DNA of 64,000 nt. Source: Spirochaetaceae bacterium (GTDB taxonomy: Bacteria > Spirochaetota > Spirochaetia > DSM-2461). A model generated the notes under the pieces. It was not told the origin of the DNA, made no database searches, and saw only the letters and a program-made list of their open reading frames with translations. Both the position numbers and the translations under genes were made by a program. Positions 36,388 to 45,936 of the stretch are shown here, one piece after another. The DNA is taken from positions 64,001 through 128,000 of the forward strand of contig OZ245056.1 in assembly GCA_965224705.1 (NCBI GenBank), given 5' to 3'. Position 1 is the stretch's first letter. Each line of letters starts with the position of its first letter.

Positions 36388-37347
36388 ATGAAAAGAACAC
36401 TTCTTGCAGTTGTATTGGGAATTGCAGCCCTTTACTCCGTTATCGCCGAGGGACAGGGTGAACAGGCCTATCCTTCCAGGACCATTGAGATCATCGTCCC
36501 CTCCAAAGCTGGAGGATCGACGGATACCCTGGCCCGTGTTTTCGTCCAGGTAGCCCGTAAGCACCTTCCAGGAGCCGAATTTGCCATTGTGAACATACCC
36601 GGCTCCGGCGGTCAGCAGGGATTCGAGAAAATTGCCGCCGCCAAGCCCGATGGGCACACGCTCGGTGCTATTTTTACGGTTCAGCTCCCCTCCCATGTTG
36701 TTTCCGGCAGAGCCCGATACAAACTTGACGATTTTCACTACTTAAGCAAAATGCTGGAAGACCCCAGCATCATCGTTGTATCGAAAGACAGTCCCATCAA
36801 TTCCCTTGAAGAGCTGGTCAGCTATGCGAAAAGCAATGAAATGACGGCATCGGTCAACGGTATCGGAAGCGATGACCATCTGGCCATGATGATGTTTCAA
36901 AATGCCGCCGGTGTGGAATTCCAGATGATTCCGGCCTCCGGTTCGTCGGAACAAAAAGCCAATGTCATGGGCGGCCATGTCGAAGTGGCTTTTATGAACC
37001 TGTCTCAGATGATCAGCCAGCACAAAGCTGGTGATGCCAAAATATTGGCACTGCTGGCGGACGAACGAGACAATGCGCTTCCCGAACTCCCCGCAATCGG
37101 CGAATTCGGTTATGACAGTGTGAAAATGAGCGGTACCCGCGGTTTTGTTGTTCAGAGCGGTGTTCCCGATGAGATTAAAGCCGTTCTGGAGAAACTGACG
37201 GACGATGTCGTGAATGACCCCGAGTATGGAGATACGCTGCAGAAGAGCAACCAGGCATTCACCTATGAGGACGGGGCTTCCTACGAAAGATTCATGAATG
37301 ATCTGGAAAAAGATCTGGAAGTTCTCTTCGCCCAGGAACCCTGGTAG
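36388..37347 (+). CDS. tctC: Tripartite tricarboxylate transporter substrate-binding protein
   Basis: YPSRTIEIIVP..AGGSTD..AR, N.PG.GG, PDGHTL. Confidence 0.9.
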   Translation: MKRTLLAVVLGIAALYSVIAEGQGEQAYPSRTIEIIVPSKAGGSTDTLARVFVQVARKHLPGAEFAIVNIPGSGGQQGFEKIAAAKPDGHTLGAIFTVQLPSHVVSGRARYKLDDFHYLSKMLEDPSIIVVSKDSPINSLEELVSYAKSNEMTASVNGIGSDDHLAMMMFQNAAGVEFQMIPASGSSEQKANVMGGHVEVAFMNLSQMISQHKAGDAKILALLADERDNALPELPAIGEFGYDSVKMSGTRGFVVQSGVPDEIKAVLEKLTDDVVNDPEYGDTLQKSNQAFTYEDGASYERFMNDLEKDLEVLFAQEPW

Positions 37348-37351
37348 CACT

Positions 37352-37783
37352 ATGGTCAATAAAAAACCCGGCGAGCTTTCTCTGGCGGCAATCTTTGTCT
37401 TTTTAGGGATAATGCTGTACATAAGCACGGCGGACTTTCCGGAAAGGGCCCAAACCAGTACGGCGGTCTATGTTCGTTTCGTCGGCGCTGGAATGGCCTT
37501 ATTGTCAGCAGTTGATTTCATTATGACCCTGAAAAAAAAGTCTGGCGAAGTGAGGTTGTTCAGAAACCCAGCCTACTTTTTCGGACTCATTGGATTGATG
37601 CTTGCCTACATGATTCTCCTTATGCTGAATGTCGGGTTTTTGGTTGCCACCGTTCCCTTTCTGGTGGCAGCCGCATTGCTGTTAAAGTATCGGAACTGGA
37701 AAATTATGATAGCTTCATTTGTGGGGATTCTCCTATCGACCTACCTGGTGTTTTTCAAGATGCTCCAGGTACCCATGCCCTGA
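37352..37783 (+). CDS. tctB: TTT small membrane subunit
   Basis: 4-5 TM, C-terminal F..L.VP.P; lies between tctC and tctA. Confidence 0.85.
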   Translation: MVNKKPGELSLAAIFVFLGIMLYISTADFPERAQTSTAVYVRFVGAGMALLSAVDFIMTLKKKSGEVRLFRNPAYFFGLIGLMLAYMILLMLNVGFLVATVPFLVAAALLLKYRNWKIMIASFVGILLSTYLVFFKMLQVPMP

Positions 37784-37801
37784 ACAGTCGAGGTTTTACA
37801 A

Positions 37802-39289
37802 ATGGAAATGGCATTAAATTACATAGGAATACTTTTTACGATTCCCAACCTTCTGGCCATTGCGGCGGGAACAACTCTCGGAACAATGATGGGGGCCATG
37901 CCCGGCCTGACGGGAACCCTGGCGGTGGCCATCCTGATACCCACCACATTCTCCATGGACCCGGTTATGGGGCTGGCAATGATGGGGGGATCCTACAGCG
38001 GGTCCATGTACGGCGGATCGATAGCCGCCATTTTGATGGCGACACCAGGAACGCCGGCCGCTCTCTGCACCTCCTTTGAAGGCTACCCATTGTCCCGAAA
38101 GGGCCGGGCGGGCATTGCATTGAAGGTTTCGGTCGTGGCCAGTTTCTGCGGCGGCATTATTTCTACTGTTGTTCTTCTGGTATTCGCCCCGATTCTTGCG
38201 TATTTCGCCCTGAACTTCGGTCCCCCTGAATACTTTCTTCTGGCCATCATGGGATTGGCCAGCATCGTTATGTTTGCCAAAGGAAACATGATCAAAGGTC
38301 TTCTGTCCGGCTTCATTGGCCTGGCGATTTCCTTAATCGGCACAGACCCCATATCCGGGAGTCTCCGCTATACGGGGGGATTTCTGCAGCTCTATGAGGG
38401 CCTGGATTTCATGGCGCCCCTGATCGGGATGTTCTCCATTGCCCAGATGCTGAAACTGGCCGGAGAGAAGACCATTGCAAAGAGAACCGGAGACGGTCAG
38501 GCTGTCATTAAGAAGGAAAAGCTGCCGAAAGGCCTGACGAAACCCATAACGCTGGGATCCCTGATGGGCACTGGAATCGGGATTCTTCCCGGCGCGGGTG
38601 CCACGATTTCCGCATTCCTGGCCTATCAGGCCCAGCGGCAGATATCCAGGAAGAAACATGAATTCGGAAAAGGCAGTCTTGAGGGGATTGCGGCAGCGGA
38701 AAGCAGCAACAATGCCGTTACCGGGGGATCCCTGATCCCCTTGCTGACCCTTGGAATTCCCGGCAATACCACCTCGGCGGCCCTGATGGGCGGTCTTATA
38801 ATCCAGGGACTCATTCCTGGACCGGAACTGTTCACCCGCTATGCGAATGTAACCTATCCCTTCATTCTGTCATTGTTTGTGGCCAATGTGGTATTCCTTC
38901 TTCTGGGACTGTATTTTGCCCCTCAACTGGCGAAGGTATCCCTCATTCCTACTTCACTGCTGATTCCAGTCGTCTGCATGTTCTCGGTTATCGGGACTTA
39001 TGCCATTCAGAACAGTCTTTTCGACGTGGGTGTTATGGTCATCTTTGCCGTACTGGGGTATTTCCTGAGCATATACGGGTTCTCTTTGGGGGCATTGGTT
39101 CTCGGCCTGATCCTCGGGCCAATCGCCGAAAGAGGATTCGCCCAGGGAATCCTTATGGGCAAAGGTTCCTATGCCATCTTCTTTACACGCCCAACGAGCA
39201 TTGTTTTGATTATCCTGACGGTGATTCTGATCATTTCCAGCTATTATACGGCACCTAAAGCCGAACCTGATGAAGAATCGGTCATTTAG
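37802..39289 (+). CDS. tctA: TTT large membrane subunit
   Basis: GAMPGL, YGGSI..IL..PGTP, ESSNNA, LTLGIPG. Confidence 0.92.
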   Translation: MEMALNYIGILFTIPNLLAIAAGTTLGTMMGAMPGLTGTLAVAILIPTTFSMDPVMGLAMMGGSYSGSMYGGSIAAILMATPGTPAALCTSFEGYPLSRKGRAGIALKVSVVASFCGGIISTVVLLVFAPILAYFALNFGPPEYFLLAIMGLASIVMFAKGNMIKGLLSGFIGLAISLIGTDPISGSLRYTGGFLQLYEGLDFMAPLIGMFSIAQMLKLAGEKTIAKRTGDGQAVIKKEKLPKGLTKPITLGSLMGTGIGILPGAGATISAFLAYQAQRQISRKKHEFGKGSLEGIAAAESSNNAVTGGSLIPLLTLGIPGNTTSAALMGGLIIQGLIPGPELFTRYANVTYPFILSLFVANVVFLLLGLYFAPQLAKVSLIPTSLLIPVVCMFSVIGTYAIQNSLFDVGVMVIFAVLGYFLSIYGFSLGALVLGLILGPIAERGFAQGILMGKGSYAIFFTRPTSIVLIILTVILIISSYYTAPKAEPDEESVI

Positions 39290-39361
39290 GGAACAATACT
39301 TCATCAATGACAAAGGGCTGCCTCAGGGCAGTTCCTTTCAGTATTGCACTGGAGATTTATT

Positions 39362-41011
39362 ATGAATATATGGTACATCTTCTCGCTCACCGGTGGTCTG
39401 GCGATTTTTCTATACGGCATGATGGAGATGAACAAACACCTGACATCCATCTCCGGAAACAGAATGAAATCCACCATGACAACCCTGACCAAAAAAACTG
39501 CCCGCGGATATTTGACAGGCCTGGTCATAACCATTGTCAATCAATCCTCTTCCGCCACCACAGTCCTGGAAGCGGCTCTTGTGGGCGCGGGGCTTATGAC
39601 CTTCCAGCAGAGTCTTGCCGTCACTCTTGGAGCAGAACTGGGATCGACATTCTTTCCCCAGTTGATCGCCATTCCTTCCATCACCAAGTTTTCAACATTC
39701 ATTGTATTCGCAGGCTTCCTCTTTCAGCTATTCTCACGGACAAAAAAAAATCATCACATCGGCATGACAATTTTTACATTGGGACTTCTTTTCCTCGGCA
39801 TGGATATGATGTCCACCTCCCTGAAACCACTGAGGGAATTTGAACCGTTCATTCGCATGATGACAAATATCGAAACACCTCTTCTTGGAATTTTCATCGG
39901 AATGCTGTTCACCATGATTATCCAATCGTCCGGAGCCACAACCAGCATCACCATTGCCATGGCCATGGCGGGGGCCATCACGGTGGAACAGGCCATTCCC
40001 ATCAATCTGGGTGCCGCCGTCGGGACCTGCATCACCGCCGTTCTCGGCAGCCTGACCCTGAACTGGGAGGCTAAACGTTCGGCCTATATCCATATTTTAT
40101 TCCAGGTAATCGGAGCTCTATGGGTTTTTATTCTTCTATGCATTCCGTTCAGGGGGGAACGCTTCTACATCTGGTTCATCAAGTGGATAACCTTTCAACT
40201 GTTCAGAACCGACAGTCTCGCCAGACAGATTGCCATGGGATTCACTTTCATGCCCATTATCAACCACATTATTGTGCTCCCCAATCTCAAGTTGATTGTG
40301 AAACTGTTCAACAGGCTGTTCCCGGAGCGGGAAGCGCCGAAGCCATTTGGAGTTGAATTCATCAAAAGGAAATTCATCCGCGAGAATATTGATCTGGCCC
40401 TTCTGATGACGAAAAAAGAAATCATGCGGGTCTCCGGTTTCATCAAGGAAATGATAAAGGAAATGAGAGAGGCCTTCCGGAGCAAGGATACTGCGGTTAT
40501 AGGTAGAGTCAGCGATCTCGACTCAAGGATCGATCTCCTGCATAGTAAAATAATTCCATATCTTGCAGAATTATCCCAGGAGGAACTTTCGGGCAGACAG
40601 TCAGTCACGTGCATGAACTACATGTACATACAGAATGAATTTGAATCAATCGGCGATGTCATTGACAAAAACATCATGTCGCTGGCCGCGAAGAAAATCA
40701 ATCAGAATCTTCTTTTTTCAAGGGAGGGATTCCATGAACTCCAGCATCTGATTTACAGAATAAGCCGAAACTTCAATTTTCTATCGCAGGCCCTGCAGAA
40801 TGATGACTTAAAGCAGGCAGAATCTGTTCTCGATTTCCATAAAAACAAGGAAGAAGAGAAATACAAGCGCCTGCACATTGAAAGACTTTACGACGGCAAG
40901 GCGGAATCGATTGCGACATCTTCCGTTCATCTGGATCTAATTACGTATTTTTCAAGGATAAACAGTCATATCGCCTACATAGCAAAGAGATTGCAGCTTT
41001 TGTATTCCTGA
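39362..41011 (+). CDS. Na+/Pi cotransporter family protein with PhoU-like C-terminus
   Basis: GGLAIFLYGM, repeated QSSS/QSSG motifs, GAELGST/GAAVGT, ESIGD. Confidence 0.9.
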   Translation: MNIWYIFSLTGGLAIFLYGMMEMNKHLTSISGNRMKSTMTTLTKKTARGYLTGLVITIVNQSSSATTVLEAALVGAGLMTFQQSLAVTLGAELGSTFFPQLIAIPSITKFSTFIVFAGFLFQLFSRTKKNHHIGMTIFTLGLLFLGMDMMSTSLKPLREFEPFIRMMTNIETPLLGIFIGMLFTMIIQSSGATTSITIAMAMAGAITVEQAIPINLGAAVGTCITAVLGSLTLNWEAKRSAYIHILFQVIGALWVFILLCIPFRGERFYIWFIKWITFQLFRTDSLARQIAMGFTFMPIINHIIVLPNLKLIVKLFNRLFPEREAPKPFGVEFIKRKFIRENIDLALLMTKKEIMRVSGFIKEMIKEMREAFRSKDTAVIGRVSDLDSRIDLLHSKIIPYLAELSQEELSGRQSVTCMNYMYIQNEFESIGDVIDKNIMSLAAKKINQNLLFSREGFHELQHLIYRISRNFNFLSQALQNDDLKQAESVLDFHKNKEEEKYKRLHIERLYDGKAESIATSSVHLDLITYFSRINSHIAYIAKRLQLLYS

Positions 41012-41055
41012 AAACACAGGAATCCGGTATAATCCGTTCAGGATAAGGAATTTTC

Positions 41056-41892
41056 ATGCAAGGCCTTTTTGTGCTGCTGCTTCTGTTGTCGGTCTCTTCG
41101 TCGGCCGCAGCGGAAAACACGCCGACTTACAGATTCGGGTATTCTTCAAGTCAGAATCCGGAAATTTTGATCACTCGCATGACTCCCATGCTGAATCTTA
41201 TTTCTGAAGCCCTGGATGCGGATATTGCATTTGTTCACAAAAAAACCTATTCGGAGATGCAGAAGGCCTATATCAATCAGGAAATCGATTTTGGCATTAT
41301 CAATGCCTACTCCTTTCTGAGAATCCTTCCTTATGATTCCGTTGTACCCATCGCAGCGAGAGTGATAGAGAATTCAAGGGAGTACCGGACCTATTTTTTT
41401 ACAAGAAAAGACAGCGGCATCAGGTCTTTCAAGGATATGCCGGGAAAAATCATCGCTCTGGGAGACCCGTATTCCACCAGTTCCTACCTCATTCCCCATT
41501 TTATTTTCAAGAAGGAAGGCTTGTATCCGGATTCGGATTTTGACAAAACAATTATTATCTCCAAACAGGACTCCCTTATTCTGGCTGTTTTAAACCACAC
41601 GGCCGATGTCGGTGTCGCTGCTTCTTTCATCTTCAACGAACAGTCCGAAGCTGTCAGAACGCGTCTCCAGGTTTTCAGCATGTCAGACCCTTTTCCTCTG
41701 GGTCCGTTTATTGCCAACAGGAATCTGGATGATGAGATCATCTCAACTCTGAAGAAGGTTCTTTTGACTTTGCAGGACAGCACCGATGGACGCTTCGCGC
41801 TAAAAAGCGCCGGCATTGAAGGCTTTGAGGAAGTTGACGCGGCGGCATATAATCGCCTGCTGGAAATCCAGGCTTCTTTGAATTTGAATTGA
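41056..41892 (+). CDS. Phosphate/phosphite/phosphonate-binding protein (PhnD-like)
   Basis: Signal peptide; GDPYSTSSYLIP motif. Confidence 0.85.
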   Translation: MQGLFVLLLLLSVSSSAAAENTPTYRFGYSSSQNPEILITRMTPMLNLISEALDADIAFVHKKTYSEMQKAYINQEIDFGIINAYSFLRILPYDSVVPIAARVIENSREYRTYFFTRKDSGIRSFKDMPGKIIALGDPYSTSSYLIPHFIFKKEGLYPDSDFDKTIIISKQDSLILAVLNHTADVGVAASFIFNEQSEAVRTRLQVFSMSDPFPLGPFIANRNLDDEIISTLKKVLLTLQDSTDGRFALKSAGIEGFEEVDAAAYNRLLEIQASLNLN

Positions 41893-41911
41893 ATGGGAAT
41901 TGGGGCGTAAC

Positions 41912-42038
41912 GGCCGCGCTGTGCCAAAGTAGTTGTCACACAAGTTAAGTCAATGTAGGAGGTGACAACATGCGGCGGTACAGTGTTCAATTTAGGAATA
42001 CTATCTTGCAAAAGATGATCGGTCTGGAGGAACAATGA
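41912..42038 (+). mobile_element. IS3-like left end with truncated orfA (41970-42038)
   Basis: GGCCGCRCTGTGCCAAAGTAGTTGTCACA shared with 50511-50539; AGGAGG then MRRYSVQFRNTILQKM. Confidence 0.6.
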
Positions 42039-42523
42039 AACGATATATAGTCCTATTTGCGGCCTTACTGACGACAGCGGCCCTCTTCGCTGCCGATGAA
42101 TACTTTGAACCACTTTTCCTGCGTTATTGGAAATTACATCTAGAGGAAACAGATAAGAATCGACAAGCACCAGAAGATGCCACAGTCTTTTATCCCTATG
42201 GAAAGGTTTTTCGTGGGAGAACCATCGTTCAGTATGGAAACGAATTTCATCCGCTCACAACAGATGATAAGAAAATGCTTAAGTACTGGGGTCAAATCAT
42301 TGAATGGCCTGGAATAGAAGAACACTATAAATATCGGGTAAAGGTTTTCGAAGGAAATGAGGTGTATTGGGTATTCATGTCAGACAATACTTTCCAATAT
42401 GTCGATGAAGATGAGTTGCTATTAATCTCATATTACAATATCGGAGGGATAAACAGAACTCCCCTCTTTCAGGTCGTTCAAATAGAAGATCAACTCTCAG
42501 AAGCAGAGAGACTGGGCGAGTAA
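42035..42523 (+). CDS. Hypothetical secreted protein
   Basis: Clear signal peptide MKRYIVLFAALLTTAALFA; no recognised motif. Confidence 0.75.
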   Translation: MKRYIVLFAALLTTAALFAADEYFEPLFLRYWKLHLEETDKNRQAPEDATVFYPYGKVFRGRTIVQYGNEFHPLTTDDKKMLKYWGQIIEWPGIEEHYKYRVKVFEGNEVYWVFMSDNTFQYVDEDELLLISYYNIGGINRTPLFQVVQIEDQLSEAERLGE

Positions 42524-42659
42524 CTCGAATGCTATTTCAATGTATATCACCTATTCATCAACAACGTAAAACAGCTGTTGATGCGCTCCGGGGAGCTTAA
42601 GTCAGGGCGAAGGATTTGGTTCTTAAGGGCAACTCTAAAAAACGTTTAGAGTTGCCCGT

Positions 42660-42822
42660 GGAGTCTGTCGGACTTACGCCTCACGGCTCGATTTTTGCCC
42701 TTTTCCCCTGCTGCTGCGTTGCCAAAATACTCACGTAGCCCAGCTACGCTCCGTTTTTGTCGCCTTGCATCAGGCAAAAATCATCAAAAATCGCCTCGAA
42801 GTCTTAAAGTCCGACAGACTCC
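42660..42822 (+). mobile_element. MITE-A copy (163 bp), TSD GT, nested in a reverse repeat B (42627-42902)
   Basis: Removing the element and one GT restores GCCCGTGGGTGCATGG, the reverse complement of the uninterrupted B copy at 27868-27883. Confidence 0.93.
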
Positions 42823-42875
42823 GTGGGTGCATGGACGTACCCACATTTTTGAGGCGAAATGCCCCAAAAATGGAG

Positions 42876-42902
42876 AAAAACCCGGATTCAGTCCGGGTTT
42901 TT
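42876..42902. terminator. Bidirectional intrinsic terminator-like hairpin (end of repeat B)
   Basis: AAAAACCCGGA-TTCAG-TCCGGGTTTTT between convergent genes. Confidence 0.7.
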
Positions 42903-42974
42903 TGTCTCTAAAGACAAGGCGGAGAACCCGCTTAAAAGCGCTGACTTAAGCCCCAACCCCCGTTTTAATTCCGA

Positions 42975-43316
42975 TTAACCGATAGCAATCTTTCCGGTTT
43001 CCCCGTTTCTGATGCGGATACACTCTTCAATCGGTGAAACGAAGATCTTGCCGTCTCCAATCTCTCCGGTTCTTGCACCCTCAATAATTGCATTGATTGT
43101 CGGTTTGACAAAGTCCTCATTGACCGCAATGTCAAGCCTGATTTTTTTCAGCAGATTAACCTCGATATCAACACCTCTGTATGATTCATGGTAACCCATC
43201 TGCTGGCCGCATCCCAATGCATTGGTTACGGACATCTTGTAAATCTCATTCTTATAAAGTTCCTGTTTAACGTCATTCAGCATATGCGGCTGGATAAAAG
43301 CAGTTATTAACTTCAT
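42975..43316 (-). CDS. glnK: P-II nitrogen regulatory protein
   Basis: GCGQQ..YRG T-loop, [11 protein letters not shown]; adjacent to amt. Confidence 0.92.
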   Translation of the reverse strand: MKLITAFIQPHMLNDVKQELYKNEIYKMSVTNALGCGQQMGYHESYRGVDIEVNLLKKIRLDIAVNEDFVKPTINAIIEGARTGEIGDGKIFVSPIEECIRIRNGETGKIAIG

Positions 43317-43330
43317 TCTTCACTCCCTCC

Positions 43331-44668
43331 TTACATGTTACTGAAAATCTGGAAACCGCTGTACGATTCCATTCCGTGTTCACTCATATCAAGACCTTCA
43401 CGTTCGTCTTTCTTACTTACTCTCAGACCTACGATATTCTTGATAACGAAGAACAGTACTGATGCCGTTACGAATACCCAGGCAAATACGGCTGCGCATC
43501 CGAGAGCCTGAACACCAAGCTGTGCAGCACCTCCGCCGTAGAACAGACCGGTATCGGCCATTCCGTTACCCGGTATTGCGAACAGACCGACTGCGATTGT
43601 TCCCCATACACCGCAGACACCGTGTACTGATACTGCTCCGCAAGGATCATCAATCTTCAGAACCTTATCGATGAACTCAACCGAAAGAACAACCAGAACA
43701 CCTGCAATAATACCGATTATCAATGCTCCCGCCGGAGAAACAACTCCGCAGCCTGCTGTAATACCGACAAGCCCTGCTAACGCACCATTGAGCGACATGG
43801 AAGGATCGGGCTTGCCGAACTGAATCCATGATGTAATCATCGCACCTATTGCTCCTGTTGAAGCAGCCAGGGTAGTAGTAACAGCTACACTTGCAATACC
43901 GAGGTCGGTACCCGACAGGGTCGATCCGCAATTAAACCCGTACCAGCCGAACCACAGGATGAATACGCCGAGTGCTGCCAGAGGCATATTGTGACCCGGA
44001 ATAGCCTTGCTGATCTTCTTTCCGTCCACTTCGACATATTTGCCCTTTCTTGCACCGAGCATTATTGCACCTGCAAGACCTGCCCATCCGCCTACGGAGT
44101 GAACAACTGTCGAACCTGCAAAGTCGTGAAAACCGAGGCTGCCCAACCAGCCCTCTCCGCTCCAGATCCAGTGACCTGAAATTGGATAAATCACAGCTGA
44201 AATTACTACTGAATAAATCAGATAGCTTGTGAACTTTGTTCTTTCAGCCATTGCACCAGATACGATAGTTGCAGCAGTGGCTGCGAATACTACCTGGAAA
44301 ATCCAGTCTCGAAGTACAGATGAATCAGCTCCGGGAATAAAGAACTGATCGATCCCGATAAATCCCCCGGCGGTTGAACCGTACATGAGCGCCCAACCAA
44401 CTGCAAAGAAAGCTACCGCTCCGGCCGAAAAGTCCATCAGATTTTTCATGATGATGTTTCCGGCGTTCTTTGCTCTTGTGAGCCCGGTTTCAACCATTGC
44501 AAACCCGGCCTGCATAAAAAATACAAGCGCGGCTGCAAGTATCAGCCAAACCATGTCGAAGGCGGCTGAGTACAGTGCCAGCGTGTCAGCCGTTTCATCA
44601 GCAAATAACGCTGTTCCAGTCAGAAGTAAACCGGTTGCTGTAAGGAATAGAATCCTTTTAATCTTCGT
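43331..44668 (-). CDS. amtB: Ammonium transporter; start apparently non-canonical (ACG 44668 or ATT 44662), first ATG at 44554
   Basis: FMQAGF, DFAGSTVVH, WFGWYGFN, DDP.GA..VHG; in-frame signal peptide upstream of the first ATG. Confidence 0.9.
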   Translation of the reverse strand, partial: TKIKRILFLTATGLLLTGTALFADETADTLALYSAAFDMVWLILAAALVFFMQAGFAMVETGLTRAKNAGNIIMKNLMDFSAGAVAFFAVGWALMYGSTAGGFIGIDQFFIPGADSSVLRDWIFQVVFAATAATIVSGAMAERTKFTSYLIYSVVISAVIYPISGHWIWSGEGWLGSLGFHDFAGSTVVHSVGGWAGLAGAIMLGARKGKYVEVDGKKISKAIPGHNMPLAALGVFILWFGWYGFNCGSTLSGTDLGIASVAVTTTLAASTGAIGAMITSWIQFGKPDPSMSLNGALAGLVGITAGCGVVSPAGALIIGIIAGVLVVLSVEFIDKVLKIDDPCGAVSVHGVCGVWGTIAVGLFAIPGNGMADTGLFYGGGAAQLGVQALGCAAVFAWVFVTASVLFFVIKNIVGLRVSKKDEREGLDMSEHGMESYSGFQIFSNM

Positions 44669-44705
44669 ATTTCCTCCTATAAGTTTTTCTATTCACTTTC
44701 TATAA

Positions 44706-44721
44706 TGCAATGGGTGTGCCA
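44706..44721 (-). promoter_or_regulatory. Sigma54 -24/-12 promoter of amtB-glnK
   Basis: TGGCACACCCATTGCA on the minus strand, near consensus. Confidence 0.85.
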
Positions 44722-44820
44722 ACTTACAGGGAATCAAATTTAAATTCTTACAGGATAAGAATCTAGAACAGGAAAATATATTCATACTATTTTCCCGATT
44801 TTATACCTGAGGGTGAATCC

Positions 44821-44864
44821 CTACATGAATGTGCCTGAGAAAGACGAATTCTACATCAATGTAG
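44821..44864. promoter_or_regulatory. Two dyad sites CTACAT-N2-ATGT(A/G), candidate enhancer (UAS)
   Basis: CTACATGAATGTGC at 44821 and CTACATCAATGTAG at 44851, 100-140 bp upstream of the -24 box. Confidence 0.6.
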
Positions 44865-44885
44865 GAAAAATCTGAAGTTTACGGA

Positions 44886-45140
44886 GTGCGCTATGAAAGC
44901 TCGTAAGGAGGGGACGTCTAGAATGTAGAATTTCAGTTACAGAAACTTCTTTTATAACCTGATGGGCATCAATCCCATCTGTTAAAGCACTGGCCATGCA
45001 GGCAGAAGCGAGTCTTGCGTGTGTCATCGTGAGGCGTCATGCGAAGCGTAGACAACGGACATGAAAGTCGTGTTATTGAGCCTCGAAATATCCGTTATCG
45101 TTGGAAGTCTTCATTGTTCCGTGATGTGGGAACAGTACTA
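44886..45140 (+). ncRNA. Group II intron 5' fragment (domain I), truncated
   Basis: Begins GTGCG; contains GATGGG…CCCATC stem and GTGAG…CGAAGCGTAGACA…ATTGAGCCTCGAAAT, resembling bacterial intron domain I; no RT ORF or D5/D6 follows. Confidence 0.65.
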
Positions 45141-45179
45141 ATATTAAGTTAACTTAACATTAGATGAAATCTTGCCGAA

Positions 45180-45282
45180 AGAGCTAATTCAAAAACTCTC
45201 TATAAGGTATCAGTTAGAGATAACCTGTCGCTATCCCTGATGCTACCTCTAACAAATTCTCTTGAAAATGAAGCTTTTGCCA
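45180..45282 (+). repeat. Repeat family C copy
   Basis: Matches 48503-48590 and reverse 24971-25068. Confidence 0.82.
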
Positions 45283-45810
45283 GGCCTTCTATATGAAAAG
45301 CCATTTTTCTATGTTTCGGACATACGTCTCCCAAAAACAGGAATCTCGTTCCAGTCCTTCTATGTCACTTCTTTGTTCAGTGCTGGCAGAATGAAGTGTT
45401 GACGTATCTTTTGTGCGGTAAGACAAAGAACTCCACACATTAACTAAAAAACACCTTCTCATACCCTCTGACGTAAAGCCGTTTGAGAAGAAACGAATCC
45501 TTCAGATGGGAATTGGCCCGCTCCAGTATAGAATACGGTGACCGGCGCGGATGACCCGTCCTTCGCCCATGGAAAAAGGCCCCCGGATAATCTGCCGGTG
45601 GACCTCACTTGTCTTATCCATAGAGTAGACTTCGGCAATGAGCGGCTTCACATTATTGACGCTCACACCCCGGGCTATTAGGCTTTGAGTATTGTCACCT
45701 TTCCTCGGGTGTTGAATAGGCATTTTCACCCCGGTAACCGATGTTTCAAAAAAAGCGAGAAAATTTTCATAGAATAAAATTGAAAACAGGAATTTAGATC
45801 CGGAAAGCGA

Positions 45811-45839
45811 TTGACAAAAGCAAAAATTTGGACTATTTT
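45811..45839 (+). promoter_or_regulatory. Sigma70-like promoter
   Basis: TTGACA-17 nt-TATTTT. Confidence 0.5.
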
Positions 45840-45936
45840 TGCATTGAAGTTGCCGGGGCAAGAGTCTGCCAGGTGGAGAATGCCCTCTGGTAGTCTTAAT
45901 GTGAACTCTGGGGGGATAAATAACGAATCAGCTTAA

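Noticed and set aside
45502..45730. Fragment resembling an oxidoreductase C-terminus (VKPLIAEVYSMDK)
   Set aside because: Too short and degenerate to assign
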